Shown here: in pieces, positions 52,631 through 63,654 of the stretch | Numbering within the stretch: the first letter of the stretch is position 1 | Layout of the letters: each line of letters begins with the position of its first letter | IMG/VR virus record: IMGVR_UViG_3300025280_000022 | Length of the DNA stretch: 64,000 nucleotides | From: a virus | Strand: one strand, 5' to 3' | Program-made: the position numbers and the translations under genes | Notes under the pieces: generated by a model | Databases searched by the model: none | The model's input: only the letters and a program-made list of their open reading frames with translations | What the model was told of the DNA's origin: nothing

Positions 52631-54676
52631 ATGGCTAAAAGAAAATATCGCAAAAGATCCGATTACTGGAATAAATTTAAGAAAAAGACCGAACAACCTC
52701 TGGACGAACTTTTAAAGCAGGGCGCCGATTGGTTGCCTGACTTGGTGGGGGATGCTTTTTACTCTCATAGCAGTAGAGCTTCCTATTCTAGAACGGGGAG
52801 CACTACTAATCCTGTGGCAAACACCACGTCGCGCATAAACAGGGTGGGGGTTTACCCCAAATTCAACTCTTTCGCTAATATTCGAGATGGGATGCTTCCC
52901 TATGACTATACTACAGAAGGAGTCAATGTTCAGGAGGCCGTGCTGCTCTGCCAAAAGGCTTATGCAAATATTGCTATTTTTCGCAATGCCATTGATATTA
53001 TGTCCGAATTTGCTAATTCGGATCTCTATCTAGAAGGGGGGACCAAAAAATCACGAGATTTTATTTCCAAATGGTTCCAGAAAATTTCTATCTGGAAGAT
53101 CACTGATCAATTTTTTAGGGAATATTATAAATCAGGCAATGTTTTTATTTATAGAATAGATGGAGATTTTAGCAATGAGGACTTTAATAAGCTGAGCTTG
53201 GTTTACGGCAGCGGTTTAAAGCCAGGGAAAATTCCTTTGATGTATACCTTTTTAAATCCTTTTGATATTGTCACCTATAGAACCACAGCTTTTCGAGATC
53301 AAGCATATCGAAAAGTTTTATCCGAATATGAATTGGAACGATTAAGGAATCCTAAAAATGAAGAAGACGAGCAGATTTTCAAAGCGTTGCCTGATGAAAC
53401 ACAAAAGGCAATCCTAAAGGGAGGGTGGGCCGAGCGTGGAATTTCAATGCCTTTAGAGGTTGCCAATCTTAGCTATTCTTTTTATAAAAAACAAGACTAC
53501 GAGCCTTTTGCTGTTCCTTTTGGCTTTCCTGTTTTGGCGGACATTAATTGGAAGATGGAGTTAAAGAAAATAGATCAAGCCATCGCCAATACCATTGAAA
53601 ACGTAATTCTTTTAATAACTATGGGTAACACCCCCGATAAGGGAGGTATTAATCCCCGCAATATGGAGGCCATGCAGAAACTTTTTAGAAATGAAAGTAT
53701 TGGGAGAGTATTGGTTAGCGATTATACCACTAAAGCAGAGTTTGTTATTCCTGATCTCAATAAAGTGCTGGGTCCTGATAAATATAAAGTGGTTAATGAC
53801 GATATTAAAGAAGGGTTGCAAAATGTTATCGTGGGACAAGAACGATACGCGAGCACCATGGTTAAGGCGGAAATATTTTTGGAAAGACTCAAGGAGGCTC
53901 GTAGCGCATTTTTAAATGACTTTTTACAGGGTCAAATTAAAATGGTTTGTCAGGGATTAGGCTTTCGCAAATACCCCATAGTTAAATTTGCAGAAATAGA
54001 TCTAAAAGATGAGCTACAGTTCCATCGGGTCACAACTCGCTTAATTGAGCTAGGCATCCTGACTGCGGAAGAAGGCATGCGAGCAATTAAAACGGGGATT
54101 TACCCTGAGACTACTAACATGGTGGACTCGCAGGAAAGATTTTTGGAAGAGCGAAAGAAGGGTTATTATAATCCCTTGGTAGGCGGTGTTCCTGTGATTG
54201 ACCCCATCTCGTTACTAGAGGATCCCCCAGGGGAAATAGAAGAAGATGGGGACGATATTCGCGATGCAGACGAAATGAAAAATGTGGAGGAAATAAAACC
54301 TGGGGGCCCTCCCAAGCAGCCTGGTCGACCCCCCACCTCTTCTAATCCTGAAAAAAAATATAGCAGGGCTAACCTTGGCAAGTCGGTGGGCGCCATGGAG
54401 GAATTGCGCAAAGCTGCAGCTACGGCCCTTCGAAAACACGAAAAAAAGAAACGGTTAAGCAAGGAAGAAAACGCTCTTGTTGATCAACTATGTGAAGCGG
54501 TGATTTGCGGTTGTGAAAGTGATCAGTGGAAGGAAAGCGTGGAAGCATGCATCAAGGATTTCGAGAAGATAGGAGGACTGGTTCCGTTGCCTGGGATTTT
54601 AGAAATCGCAGCGGAGCATAATCTAGATACTTATGCGGCAGCGTTTTTGTATCATGGCGATAAAATTTCACAATAA
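52631..54676 (+). CDS. portal protein
   Basis: Position after terL; RNAIDIMSEF, REYYKSGNVF, KKQDYEPFAVP. Confidence 0.8.
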   Translation: MAKRKYRKRSDYWNKFKKKTEQPLDELLKQGADWLPDLVGDAFYSHSSRASYSRTGSTTNPVANTTSRINRVGVYPKFNSFANIRDGMLPYDYTTEGVNVQEAVLLCQKAYANIAIFRNAIDIMSEFANSDLYLEGGTKKSRDFISKWFQKISIWKITDQFFREYYKSGNVFIYRIDGDFSNEDFNKLSLVYGSGLKPGKIPLMYTFLNPFDIVTYRTTAFRDQAYRKVLSEYELERLRNPKNEEDEQIFKALPDETQKAILKGGWAERGISMPLEVANLSYSFYKKQDYEPFAVPFGFPVLADINWKMELKKIDQAIANTIENVILLITMGNTPDKGGINPRNMEAMQKLFRNESIGRVLVSDYTTKAEFVIPDLNKVLGPDKYKVVNDDIKEGLQNVIVGQERYASTMVKAEIFLERLKEARSAFLNDFLQGQIKMVCQGLGFRKYPIVKFAEIDLKDELQFHRVTTRLIELGILTAEEGMRAIKTGIYPETTNMVDSQERFLEERKKGYYNPLVGGVPVIDPISLLEDPPGEIEEDGDDIRDADEMKNVEEIKPGGPPKQPGRPPTSSNPEKKYSRANLGKSVGAMEELRKAAATALRKHEKKKRLSKEENALVDQLCEAVICGCESDQWKESVEACIKDFEKIGGLVPLPGILEIAAEHNLDTYAAAFLYHGDKISQ

Positions 54677-54723
54677 GCCAAGATCTTGTGTATTTGAAGG
54701 TATAGGACAGTACTTTTAATACA

Positions 54724-56025
54724 ATGAAAAATTTAGAACGTCGCATTCGTTATACTCCAAAGGGCATTGAGGTGAAGCTTATTACCGTCGATGCAAAAAA
54801 ACTAACTAGCGAAGAAAGGAATAATCTTCCTGATTCCGATTTCGCCTACATTGAGCCAGGGGGCAAAAAGGTGGACGGTAAAACCGAGCCACGCTCTTTA
54901 AGGAAGTTCCCTATTCAAGATGCAGCTCATGTGCGTAGCGCTTTATCATATTTAAGCAACTCCGACCTTTCTCCCGAAGCAAAGAAGTCAGCGCTTAAGA
55001 AAATCAAAATCGCCGCCAAGAAGTTTGGCGTTACCGTAAGCGATTCTGACGCCAAAACCAAAAAGGAATGGGATAAGATTGACAAGAAAGAACTAAAGCG
55101 CGATACTAAAAAAGAAAAAGAGGAACACGAAAAGGACGCCGTCGAAGATGATGAGTCCAAGATTAAAAAATTAAAAAAGGGGAAGCCTTCGGAAAAGAAG
55201 GAGGCGGAAATCCGTGATCTCAAAAAGGACGAAAAGTTTGACAAAAAGAGTAAGCGTAAATATGCGAAAGCTAGAAGTGGATCTGGCTACCTTGGGAGCG
55301 ACAAAGAAAAGCAAGAAAGTCTCGAGCGCCAAGAGCGGCACCAAGACAAAAGCGAGCTCGATAACGAAACTCTTAAAGAGCGGCTTAAGCATCATGAGGA
55401 TGCAGTAAAAAATCTTAAAAAGGAAATCGCACAATTAGAAAAAGATAAGAAAGAAGACGCGGAAGATGTAAAGCGTGAATCCCAGGCCGCAAGCGATAAA
55501 CAAAAAGCGGCTCGAGAAAAGTTCATGGAAATGATACGCAAAAAGAAAAAGAACGGCGACGACAAAGACGACAAAGACGACGACAAAGATGACGACAAAG
55601 ACGACAAGAAAGCGAAAAAAGATAAAAAGGGCGACAAGAAAAAAGAAAAATCTAAGGGTCGAGTTGTTAAGGATGGAAAATACGAAGGAAAAGTTCCATA
55701 TCAAGGCCGCGAGCCCAATCCCGCTGTTCAATATCTCCCCAAGGGAGATAAGCCCGTCGAGTTAGATAAGGCTAAGGATGAAGACGGGAAGTACGTTCCT
55801 TATGAGGGTCCTGAGCCCAACCAGCAGGTTCAATATGATCCTGTTCCCCAAGAAGAGCACTTTCAGCACCAATCTTTTATGAATGAATGCATAGCGAATA
55901 CGGCTATGCATGCAGACACAGAGGGGCTCGATGAAAATCGAGCTTACATGTCTTGCGCTATTGCTTATGATAAAAAGTATCAAACTTCTTATGCTCCATG
56001 CGGCCCTCTAGGCTGCATCTATTAA
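54724..56025 (+). CDS. highly charged low-complexity head-associated protein
   Basis: N-terminal LPDSDFAYIEPGG..D....RSLR.FPI.D..HVR.AL domain; K/D/E repeats. Confidence 0.7.
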   Translation: MKNLERRIRYTPKGIEVKLITVDAKKLTSEERNNLPDSDFAYIEPGGKKVDGKTEPRSLRKFPIQDAAHVRSALSYLSNSDLSPEAKKSALKKIKIAAKKFGVTVSDSDAKTKKEWDKIDKKELKRDTKKEKEEHEKDAVEDDESKIKKLKKGKPSEKKEAEIRDLKKDEKFDKKSKRKYAKARSGSGYLGSDKEKQESLERQERHQDKSELDNETLKERLKHHEDAVKNLKKEIAQLEKDKKEDAEDVKRESQAASDKQKAAREKFMEMIRKKKKNGDDKDDKDDDKDDDKDDKKAKKDKKGDKKKEKSKGRVVKDGKYEGKVPYQGREPNPAVQYLPKGDKPVELDKAKDEDGKYVPYEGPEPNQQVQYDPVPQEEHFQHQSFMNECIANTAMHADTEGLDENRAYMSCAIAYDKKYQTSYAPCGPLGCIY

Positions 56026-56026
56026 G

Positions 56027-57601
56027 ATGCGGTTTGAGCACAAAACTCGATTCTGTAGCAAAATATTAGCCTCCGAAAGGGCGGCTAATTTTGAGCAATT
56101 AGGCATTAGTCAGGCATCGGTGGACGCATTGGAGCCGCTTATTCCTACTTCTATCGATTTAAAAAAAAATATTGATTTAATTGGCGTGGCTTTCAATGCT
56201 GCTGTTGTTAATAAGTTTAATCGAAATGGCGACGGCATCGATACGGATACGGCGTTGGGAGTAAAGGATTTCTTTGTTAATAAGCCTACTAATATAGAAC
56301 ATAAGAAGCAGGCCGTGGTTGGGCATATTGTTTCGAGCGCTTTTAGCGCGTTTGGGTCTAATGAATTATTGACCGACAAAGAGGCCGAGTCTTTGCGGCG
56401 CCCTTTTAATATTGCTTTGGCGGCTGTGGTATATAAAACTGTTAATCCTGGTTTTGCTCAACTCTTGGAAAATGACGAGGAAGAAGACGATGAAGTTATA
56501 TCCGCTAGCTGGGAGTTGGGATTTAATGATTACTATTTAGCTTTAGGGAGCGACAATCTTGACGAGGCAGAAATAATTACTGACCCTGGCCAGATTAAAG
56601 AATTTTCTAAATATCTTAAAGCATATGATGGAAACGGCAAGACTAAGGACGGCGTTTCGGTTAATAGGCTAATAGTGGGGGAAATTTTTCCGTTGGGAAT
56701 TGCGTTTACCACCAATCCTGCCGCCGATGTAGAGGGTGTTTACGTAGAAGATCCTGAAGCTGATCTTGTTGAGGCCACAGTGGACACAAAAAAAGAAGAA
56801 ATAGAAGAAGATTGTATCCCTCCGTTAAATAAATTTAATAATAAAATTTCACATTGTGAAGAAATAAATGTAAATCCAACAAACGAATCTATACTTATGG
56901 ACAGAGATATCATTAAACAATTCGAAGATATTCTTTCTGAGAAATTGGACAAAAAGCAGTTTTCTGAAGAAGCACTAGCTAATGTTGCTCAGATTATCCA
57001 CGAAGCCATCTTGAAGAAAGATCAAGAATATAAGGCGGAACGGGATGAGCGTGAGGAAGCAGAAGCCGAAGCCGCTTCAGAAAGCCAGCGTCTCCAGGCT
57101 GACCTGGAGGAGCTCAAAGAGCAACTGAACGCAAGCCAAGCACAACTTGGCGAGCTTCAGGAGGAAAAAGCCGTGGCTGAGGCAAAGGAGCGTTTTAATC
57201 TTAGAATGTCAGCTGTCGATGAGGAATTCGAACTCAGCGATGGTGACCGCGAGATTATCGCAACTGAACTTCAGAGCTTGGCGGACCCTCAGGAAGCTTT
57301 TGCTTCTTATCAAGATAAGCTGCGCATCATGTGGGTGCACAAGGCGAAATCTTATATTGAAGCAAGCGAAAAGCAGATAACAGAAAGAATAGAAAAGGAA
57401 GTGGCGCAACGCCTAGAGGAGCTTAGTCAAGTCGACGCATCAGAAGAAACCCCTGAGGTGGAAGATGTTTTAGACAATGTCGAGGCTCCTGACGAAAGCG
57501 TGGTCACCAATAATAACGCAGAAGGCGCTCAAACAGAGCCTTCTTTAAGAGACAAGTTTCAAGAGGCTTTTTCTCGCGAAAATTTAACAATCAAATTATA
57601 A
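56027..57601 (+). CDS. prohead protease/scaffold fusion
   Basis: N.NGD, NIEH....VVGHI, SWEL, G.AFT.NPA; acidic coiled-coil C-terminus; upstream of capsid. Confidence 0.75.
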   Translation: MRFEHKTRFCSKILASERAANFEQLGISQASVDALEPLIPTSIDLKKNIDLIGVAFNAAVVNKFNRNGDGIDTDTALGVKDFFVNKPTNIEHKKQAVVGHIVSSAFSAFGSNELLTDKEAESLRRPFNIALAAVVYKTVNPGFAQLLENDEEEDDEVISASWELGFNDYYLALGSDNLDEAEIITDPGQIKEFSKYLKAYDGNGKTKDGVSVNRLIVGEIFPLGIAFTTNPAADVEGVYVEDPEADLVEATVDTKKEEIEEDCIPPLNKFNNKISHCEEINVNPTNESILMDRDIIKQFEDILSEKLDKKQFSEEALANVAQIIHEAILKKDQEYKAERDEREEAEAEAASESQRLQADLEELKEQLNASQAQLGELQEEKAVAEAKERFNLRMSAVDEEFELSDGDREIIATELQSLADPQEAFASYQDKLRIMWVHKAKSYIEASEKQITERIEKEVAQRLEELSQVDASEETPEVEDVLDNVEAPDESVVTNNNAEGAQTEPSLRDKFQEAFSRENLTIKL

Positions 57602-57608
57602 TTATATA

Positions 57609-58238
57609 ATGGCACTTAGAATTCTACCATTCAGACAATATAACGAGAATGACGTAGTTAACCTATACCGTTCCGACGTTACTAATACTCAGACGACTGA
57701 TACTAGTGATGCGGATGCGGGCGTTATCGTCAAGGTTTCTTCTGCTGATTTAAATGTGGGACCAATTGCCTATGAAGATAGCACTTATCTTGGCAAGACG
57801 GACTACGCATTTGTTGGCAAGGATCAACTGCCTGTCGTGCAAAATGTTTTCACGGCGGCTTCCTCTGGCGAGGCTATTTTAGGAATCACGTTAGCTCAAA
57901 CAGCCCAACAGGATGAAAATGGCGAAAAGCTAATTTATTATCCTCAAAAACAGCTTGAATTACAAGCTGTACATTCGGGCCAAGCCGTTCCAGTCCTTAC
58001 CAAGGGCGTTGTTACTATAGCATCTACGGCTTACGGAGGCACCTTAACACCTGGTCAATTTTTGACCGCCGCACAAGCGGCGAGCAAAGGCAAGGTGACA
58101 GGTCATGATACTTCGCAAGGAGGCGCCAACATTGGCATCGTTCTGGCGACGGGATCTCGTACTGCTGGAATTTCTGCTGACCAGTTCGCTGGCGCTGCAG
58201 GAAGCACAGCAGCTTACGCAATCATTCAGCTACGCTAA
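57609..58238 (+). CDS. capsid decoration/cement protein
   Basis: Position, G/A/T-rich, GQAVPVLTKG. Confidence 0.65.
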   Translation: MALRILPFRQYNENDVVNLYRSDVTNTQTTDTSDADAGVIVKVSSADLNVGPIAYEDSTYLGKTDYAFVGKDQLPVVQNVFTAASSGEAILGITLAQTAQQDENGEKLIYYPQKQLELQAVHSGQAVPVLTKGVVTIASTAYGGTLTPGQFLTAAQAASKGKVTGHDTSQGGANIGIVLATGSRTAGISADQFAGAAGSTAAYAIIQLR

Positions 58239-58252
58239 AGGAAATACTGAAA

Positions 58253-59368
58253 ATGAAAATTACCTTAAAAAGAACAGACGAACAAATTGAGCTTATTAAA
58301 GCTATGGCGTCCAAAAATAGGGACGTCGCTTACGAAGCTCAGGCGGCTTTAGCTGAGTTTATGGGACCCGTGGTGGCCGAGGTTATTAACCAAGCCCCCG
58401 TTGTGAGCAACCTGTTTACATCATTTACTTTTGATGAAGACAGCAACCCAAGTTTACCGCTTGACCTTTACTACGACATTACGGCGGAAGATTATATCCA
58501 GGTTTATAGTACTACTATTCCTGGTGGTCTCCCAACCAATCATGTCCTACCAACCGCTAGTGAACTAAAGTTCACGACCTATCGTTTAGATAGTGCCGTT
58601 TCTTTTGATCGCCGTTATGCCGCCCAGTCTCGACTGGACGTAGTTGGCAAAACAATGACGCGTGTGGCTCAAGAAGTCCTAATGAAGCAGCAGACTACGT
58701 CTGCCAGTCTTTTGCTGGGCTCTCTTAGGGCAGCTACTACAGGAGGTACTGCCCATGTGAATGCATCCATTGTCACAGATACCTTCCTGTTGGCCGACCT
58801 CAACAAAATGATGACTACCGCCAAGCGGGTTAATGCCGCATGGACCAAGGGTACCCCAGTGGGGGGCGAGGGTAATGTGGGCATTACTGATATCTTAGTT
58901 TCACCTGAAATTGTGGAACAGATTCGGGCGATGTCTTATAATCCCGTTAATACCAAGACCTCAGCAGGAACACAGCCTCCTGCAACAGGGGGAGATGGAT
59001 GGATTGCTGCACCTGATGCCGTTCGTGAACGGATGTGGGGAAATGCTGGACTTCCTACTTTCTATGGTATTAATATCCATGAAATCAACGAATTGGGAAC
59101 TGGCCAGAAATTCACCGCGGTTTATGACGCCGCAGCTGGTTCAAATCCTGGCGCAGGAGCAGGCGAAGACCTAGTGGTTGGCTTGAATCTCTCCAAGGAC
59201 TCCCTGCTTAGGGCAGTCGCCTTGGACTCTGAGTCAGGCTCTGAGTTCGCGTTAATGGCTGACGATCAATATTCAATTCGACAACAGAAGATTGGCTTCT
59301 ATGGCTCGGTTGAAGAGGGTCGGATGGTTATTGATGTGCGCGCTCTATTCGGCGTGGTAATCACTTAA
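58253..59368 (+). CDS. major capsid protein
   Basis: 371 aa after scaffold/decoration genes, followed by strong terminator; C-terminal KIGFYG..EEG. Confidence 0.8.
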   Translation: MKITLKRTDEQIELIKAMASKNRDVAYEAQAALAEFMGPVVAEVINQAPVVSNLFTSFTFDEDSNPSLPLDLYYDITAEDYIQVYSTTIPGGLPTNHVLPTASELKFTTYRLDSAVSFDRRYAAQSRLDVVGKTMTRVAQEVLMKQQTTSASLLLGSLRAATTGGTAHVNASIVTDTFLLADLNKMMTTAKRVNAAWTKGTPVGGEGNVGITDILVSPEIVEQIRAMSYNPVNTKTSAGTQPPATGGDGWIAAPDAVRERMWGNAGLPTFYGINIHEINELGTGQKFTAVYDAAAGSNPGAGAGEDLVVGLNLSKDSLLRAVALDSESGSEFALMADDQYSIRQQKIGFYGSVEEGRMVIDVRALFGVVIT

Positions 59369-59395
59369 GCTACATAGTTTAAACCCACTCTTACG

Positions 59396-59423
59396 AAAGG
59401 GGGCTCTTTGGGGGCCCCCTTTT
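59396..59423 (+). terminator. intrinsic terminator
   Basis: AAAGGGGGCTC-TTTG-GGGGCCCCCTTTT. Confidence 0.9.
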
Positions 59424-59484
59424 GTTGTTCACGAAAAGTAGATTTTTGTGTAATCTTTTCTATAATAATAGCGAAAGACAAATT

Positions 59485-59871
59485 ATGGCACGCAAACGCA
59501 AAAATACTAAAAATACAAAAAAACTAGATAATTTAAAGATGGTGGACGGCAAGTCTGAAGCTGTTGAAAAAATTAAAGAACTTCACGAAATACTTGGGGT
59601 TCCAACGGTTAATCCTTTTGGCACAAATTCAATTGAGGAATTTGAGGAAAAGATGGATGAAATGAACCTCAGCGATCTTCAGGCTTTGGCCGTAAGGGTT
59701 GGGTTGTTTCCTGGGGGTTCTAGGCTTAATCTTAAAAACAAGCTTACTAAAGAATTTTATTCTACTCCTGGGGCGGGAGCAGGCGTTGATGTGGGATTTT
59801 CCCAACCTATTGCGGACCCCAATTCTCCACAAGGAAAAAAATTACTTAAGTTAATGCGCGAAGGGCTGTAG
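59485..59871 (+). CDS. hypothetical virion-module protein
   Basis: ATG 59485 after GTGTAAT. Confidence 0.65.
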   Translation: MARKRKNTKNTKKLDNLKMVDGKSEAVEKIKELHEILGVPTVNPFGTNSIEEFEEKMDEMNLSDLQALAVRVGLFPGGSRLNLKNKLTKEFYSTPGAGAGVDVGFSQPIADPNSPQGKKLLKLMREGL

Positions 59872-59875
59872 TTTA

Positions 59876-60403
59876 ATGAATCAAATTGGCAATTTAGCTG
59901 CCAGTATATATGATACAGAATTCGGCTACGCTTCTACCGAGCTAGAGCGAGAGGTAGAAGTTGTAGCAATTTCAGGGTGGTTGATCGCAAATGAGGGCCT
60001 ATTAAATACTTTAATATATACTCAGTTTAGCGGCACGGATCCAGGTATGAGGCTGGAAGAGCAGAACATCTTCAAGCAGTTGTATCTATCGCGCTATTAT
60101 CGCAAGGCTAGTCGAGACGTCTTGCGCAATATTACTACGGACGGTTTGGACTGGACACGCCTATCAGAGGGCGATACCACCATTATGAGAAATAATAAAA
60201 ACGAAACCGCGAAAACCTATCTGAGTCTCGCCAAGGAAGCTGATGAGACCATGACCAATCTTGTTTATTCTTATAATCTTTATGGGGCTAAACCCTACCA
60301 AGTGGCTGGTGCCGACGGGGGGTATGCTACGGGCAGCGGGATGTGGCCGCCTAATTATATGTACCCCTATTCCTGGCAGGGTTATCCTTACGCTAGATAC
60401 TAA
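59876..60403 (+). CDS. putative head-tail adaptor
   Basis: Position; W..L.EGDT.I motif. Confidence 0.55.
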   Translation: MNQIGNLAASIYDTEFGYASTELEREVEVVAISGWLIANEGLLNTLIYTQFSGTDPGMRLEEQNIFKQLYLSRYYRKASRDVLRNITTDGLDWTRLSEGDTTIMRNNKNETAKTYLSLAKEADETMTNLVYSYNLYGAKPYQVAGADGGYATGSGMWPPNYMYPYSWQGYPYARY

Positions 60404-60849
60404 TGGCAAGTTATTTATCCAGCGCTCAAAAATCTGTTATCGCGGGTGTCTTTGATAATATGCATGACACTTTCGCGAGGGACATCACTATTTATCAAGT
60501 CAAAAATAAAATATTTGTTTCCACCAATAACACCTATAATGCCTTATATAAAAGAATAAAAGATTCGGCTTACGAAAGAAAAGAGGTTACCTCGACCACG
60601 GCAAAAGCGCGTATTCTCTATGTTGACAAACAACTGGAAAGAGACTTGGCGGGCCTGGCCGCTCAAATTAATGTGCCTCTGTCCGAAGGTATGGTACGGG
60701 TAAAAATAGATGCCTCTACCTATGCTTTATTTAAAAAGGCGTCGGAAATAGAAATTGATGGAGACCCTTTTAATATCGTAGGAGACGCGGCGGGGATTGG
60801 TCAATTTAATATTACTTATTATACGGTTTATTTGCAGAGGGCAGACTAA
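60403..60849 (+). CDS. putative head closure protein
   Basis: Position, size, C-terminal YTVYLQR. Confidence 0.55.
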   Translation: MASYLSSAQKSVIAGVFDNMHDTFARDITIYQVKNKIFVSTNNTYNALYKRIKDSAYERKEVTSTTAKARILYVDKQLERDLAGLAAQINVPLSEGMVRVKIDASTYALFKKASEIEIDGDPFNIVGDAAGIGQFNITYYTVYLQRAD

Positions 60850-61454
60850 TGGCAGGAGGATTCCGCATAAATCGGCGTGGACTGAGGAGGGAGCTTCATA
60901 AAAAGGGCGGACCATTTATTCGCAAAAAACTTCAGGTTGCTGCTAATAGGGTTGCGGCGCAAGCCAAAGAGCACCTTTTGAGTCTTTTTAATTCTCATTC
61001 TATTACGCAGGAAATTGAGGAAGGCCCTTCGGCCACCAATAAGAGTGGCACCTTGGGAGGCGTAGGTAATTTATTTACCTATATTGGATTTGAAGAAGGG
61101 TCGCAGCCCATAGCTATCATTCGTCGCTATCTTCAAGACGCCATACAGGTAAAGGCAGTAAAGAGGGGGGCGAAAGATTTGCATTTTATTATTGAATTTA
61201 AAATTCCCTCAAAAGAGCAAATTGAGCGAATGTCTCCTGTTCCCTGGGCGCCTGGGCGCAGTTGGGTAAGGGCAATGGAGCTAGGCCTATCTGGACTCGG
61301 CAAATATTTATTTAAGGCAAGCCCCGCTAGTCGTTCAGGGGGAGCCATTCAAGTAAAAGGGCAAGTGTCTACCTCACGTTTTGCTAACCAAAGCTATATG
61401 TCCACGATGCTAGATCAAGTGAGGGACTATATCAAAAGGGAGTTAGTGCGATGA
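60849..61454 (+). CDS. putative neck/tail completion protein
   Basis: Position, basic composition. Confidence 0.5.
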   Translation: MAGGFRINRRGLRRELHKKGGPFIRKKLQVAANRVAAQAKEHLLSLFNSHSITQEIEEGPSATNKSGTLGGVGNLFTYIGFEEGSQPIAIIRRYLQDAIQVKAVKRGAKDLHFIIEFKIPSKEQIERMSPVPWAPGRSWVRAMELGLSGLGKYLFKASPASRSGGAIQVKGQVSTSRFANQSYMSTMLDQVRDYIKRELVR

Positions 61455-62320
61455 AGGTTCAATGGGATCATCTTGTTTTATCGAGTTTTTATTTATGGTT
61501 CGATGACCAGGTAGTAACTCAGGCCGAAGCGGTAACCACGGGAATTTCTCAAACCTTTTCTTATTCTACCTTGGGTACAGACGTCCCTTCTAATTTAGTG
61601 GCATATTACGCCCCTGATCGCCAGCTGGTCGCTAATGGAACGGGGGTCCCTAGCGGGGTTTATGTTAATGGCTCCCTGGTAAATCAAGGCACTAATAATT
61701 TGATGATAGATTTTGATCAAGGGCGAGTCCTAATGGACTCTTCGGAGGGCGCCAGTCTTACGGTTAGTGGTAATTTTGATCGAAAAAATGTAAATGTTTA
61801 TATCACCAATCAGAGCGAAGAAGAGATCATATTAAATACCGATTTTATTTTGGCTAGCGATGGAGATACGTGGCTGCAAAACGCTGGCCAACTGGGGCAG
61901 AATAATTATACGGTACCCGCAGCTTTTATAAGCTATAATAGTTCTACTAACAAGCCCTATGCATTTGGGGGGCTGGATGATACTGCTTCAGTAATTAGAG
62001 TGGTTTTTATCGCAGAAGACAATTATACGCTGGATGGAATGCTGTCTTCCTTTAGGGATACGGCGCGAACCTGCGTCCACATGTTTAGTTATGACGATTT
62101 TCCCTTCGGGGAGTATTTTCATATTAAATCCCCTCCTTATTCTTATTCGGCTCTTGTTGCCTCGACACCCAATAATAAAAAGGCTTTTATAGAAAATGTT
62201 ACTACGTCCAAGCTTTATGACAGGTCGAGCCTAAGAATACACAAGGATCTTTTAATAGGTTTTGCAGACTTTGAGTTAAGCAGTATAAGGTATCCGCGAA
62301 TATCTCCCACGGCAGTTTAA
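61451..62320 (+). CDS. putative tail terminator/structural protein
   Basis: Position immediately before tail tube. Confidence 0.5.
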   Translation: MKVQWDHLVLSSFYLWFDDQVVTQAEAVTTGISQTFSYSTLGTDVPSNLVAYYAPDRQLVANGTGVPSGVYVNGSLVNQGTNNLMIDFDQGRVLMDSSEGASLTVSGNFDRKNVNVYITNQSEEEIILNTDFILASDGDTWLQNAGQLGQNNYTVPAAFISYNSSTNKPYAFGGLDDTASVIRVVFIAEDNYTLDGMLSSFRDTARTCVHMFSYDDFPFGEYFHIKSPPYSYSALVASTPNNKKAFIENVTTSKLYDRSSLRIHKDLLIGFADFELSSIRYPRISPTAV

Positions 62321-62387
62321 AAAAATTTCTCTTTCACGAGGAAAGGCGTGTATCTAGTAATAGCACGAACTTTTAAATATATATATT

Positions 62388-63602
62388 ATGGCAAGAAATA
62401 GAGTAATTTACCAATCAGAAGCGCTATTCGTCAGCAATACGGGGCTCCGAAACTTCCAGCAGATACTTCGAACCCAAGACGTATCGCATACTATTGACGT
62501 CCCACGTACCGACATTAATGAATTCGGTAAGTTGGCAGCATTATCGCGCGAAGTAGTAGAGCCACCTACCGTTAGTACGGACTTTACTTACTATCTAACC
62601 AATGGCATTAATGAAAGTGGTCTCGGCTTTAGTGTTCGAGGACTAACGAACGAAAACAGCACCAATTGCGTGTCTGGACTTATTGGGGAAGACCCCGATA
62701 TTATTAAGAAAAATTATTTTATCGTCACTTCTGAGGAAGGCGTCGATGCAACTAATAATACGGGAACTTTCGATACGAGGGGGACCCGTCCAATGTCCGT
62801 CATTGGAATTGGAAATGCATTTATTACCGATTATACGCTTAATGCTGCCGTGGGGGATGTTCCCAATGCCAGCGTAAGCGTAGAGGGATCGAATATTAAC
62901 TTTGGTACAGGTGGTGCAGGCTATATATTAGACGGTTTAGTACCTCCAGCTGATTGGTATGGTTCCACAACGGGCTTCGATCAACTTGCGGGCTCTATTA
63001 CGGGCGGACATCCATCGGATCCCGCTGGTATTATTAGTAATCCTGCAATTAATGAAGTTGATGGCTCTATGCTAACGGGCGTCGGAGTCCTCGTGCCAGG
63101 TAGCTCTACGGGCGAATTGTCGATTACGGCATTGCGACCTGGAGATATAACGATGACCTTTGATAACGCCAGTAGCCTGATGGGGGGAGCCAATCTAAGC
63201 GACCTTCATGTTCAAAATTTTTCCGTTAGCTTGCCTGTTGGCAGAACTGCTCTTAACCAAATAGGAAATCGTTATCCATACTTTAGGGCGGTAGATTTTC
63301 CTGTAACCGCTAATTGTAGCGTTAGCGCTATTCTTTCTGAGCAGGCGACGGGCAACCTTAATACGCTGCTCTGTAGTAACGAGACGCATCAAATCACTAT
63401 TAAATTGCATAAGCCTTGTGAGCTCGGTGTTGCGGGAGGCGAGGCCTTTAGGATTACCATGAAAAATGCTGATGTTGATAATCAAACCCTTAATTCTACC
63501 ATTGGCGACAATAAGACGGTAGACTTCACGTTCTCTACTCAAATTGGCGGTCCTAATGACCTAACTGCAGGCGTCTTTATGAGCGGAAATAAAGACGCTT
63601 AA
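62388..63602 (+). CDS. major tail tube protein
   Basis: MARNRVIYQSEALF, RTDINEFG, beta-rich G/T/N composition, followed by terminator. Confidence 0.75.
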   Translation: MARNRVIYQSEALFVSNTGLRNFQQILRTQDVSHTIDVPRTDINEFGKLAALSREVVEPPTVSTDFTYYLTNGINESGLGFSVRGLTNENSTNCVSGLIGEDPDIIKKNYFIVTSEEGVDATNNTGTFDTRGTRPMSVIGIGNAFITDYTLNAAVGDVPNASVSVEGSNINFGTGGAGYILDGLVPPADWYGSTTGFDQLAGSITGGHPSDPAGIISNPAINEVDGSMLTGVGVLVPGSSTGELSITALRPGDITMTFDNASSLMGGANLSDLHVQNFSVSLPVGRTALNQIGNRYPYFRAVDFPVTANCSVSAILSEQATGNLNTLLCSNETHQITIKLHKPCELGVAGGEAFRITMKNADVDNQTLNSTIGDNKTVDFTFSTQIGGPNDLTAGVFMSGNKDA

Positions 63603-63620
63603 TTAAGTTTTAAACTTCTC

Positions 63621-63654
63621 AAAAAGGCCCCTCTTTTGAAAGAGGGGCTTTTTT
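63621..63654 (+). terminator. intrinsic terminator
   Basis: AAAAAGGCCCCTCTTT-TG-AAAGAGGGGCTTTTTT. Confidence 0.9.
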
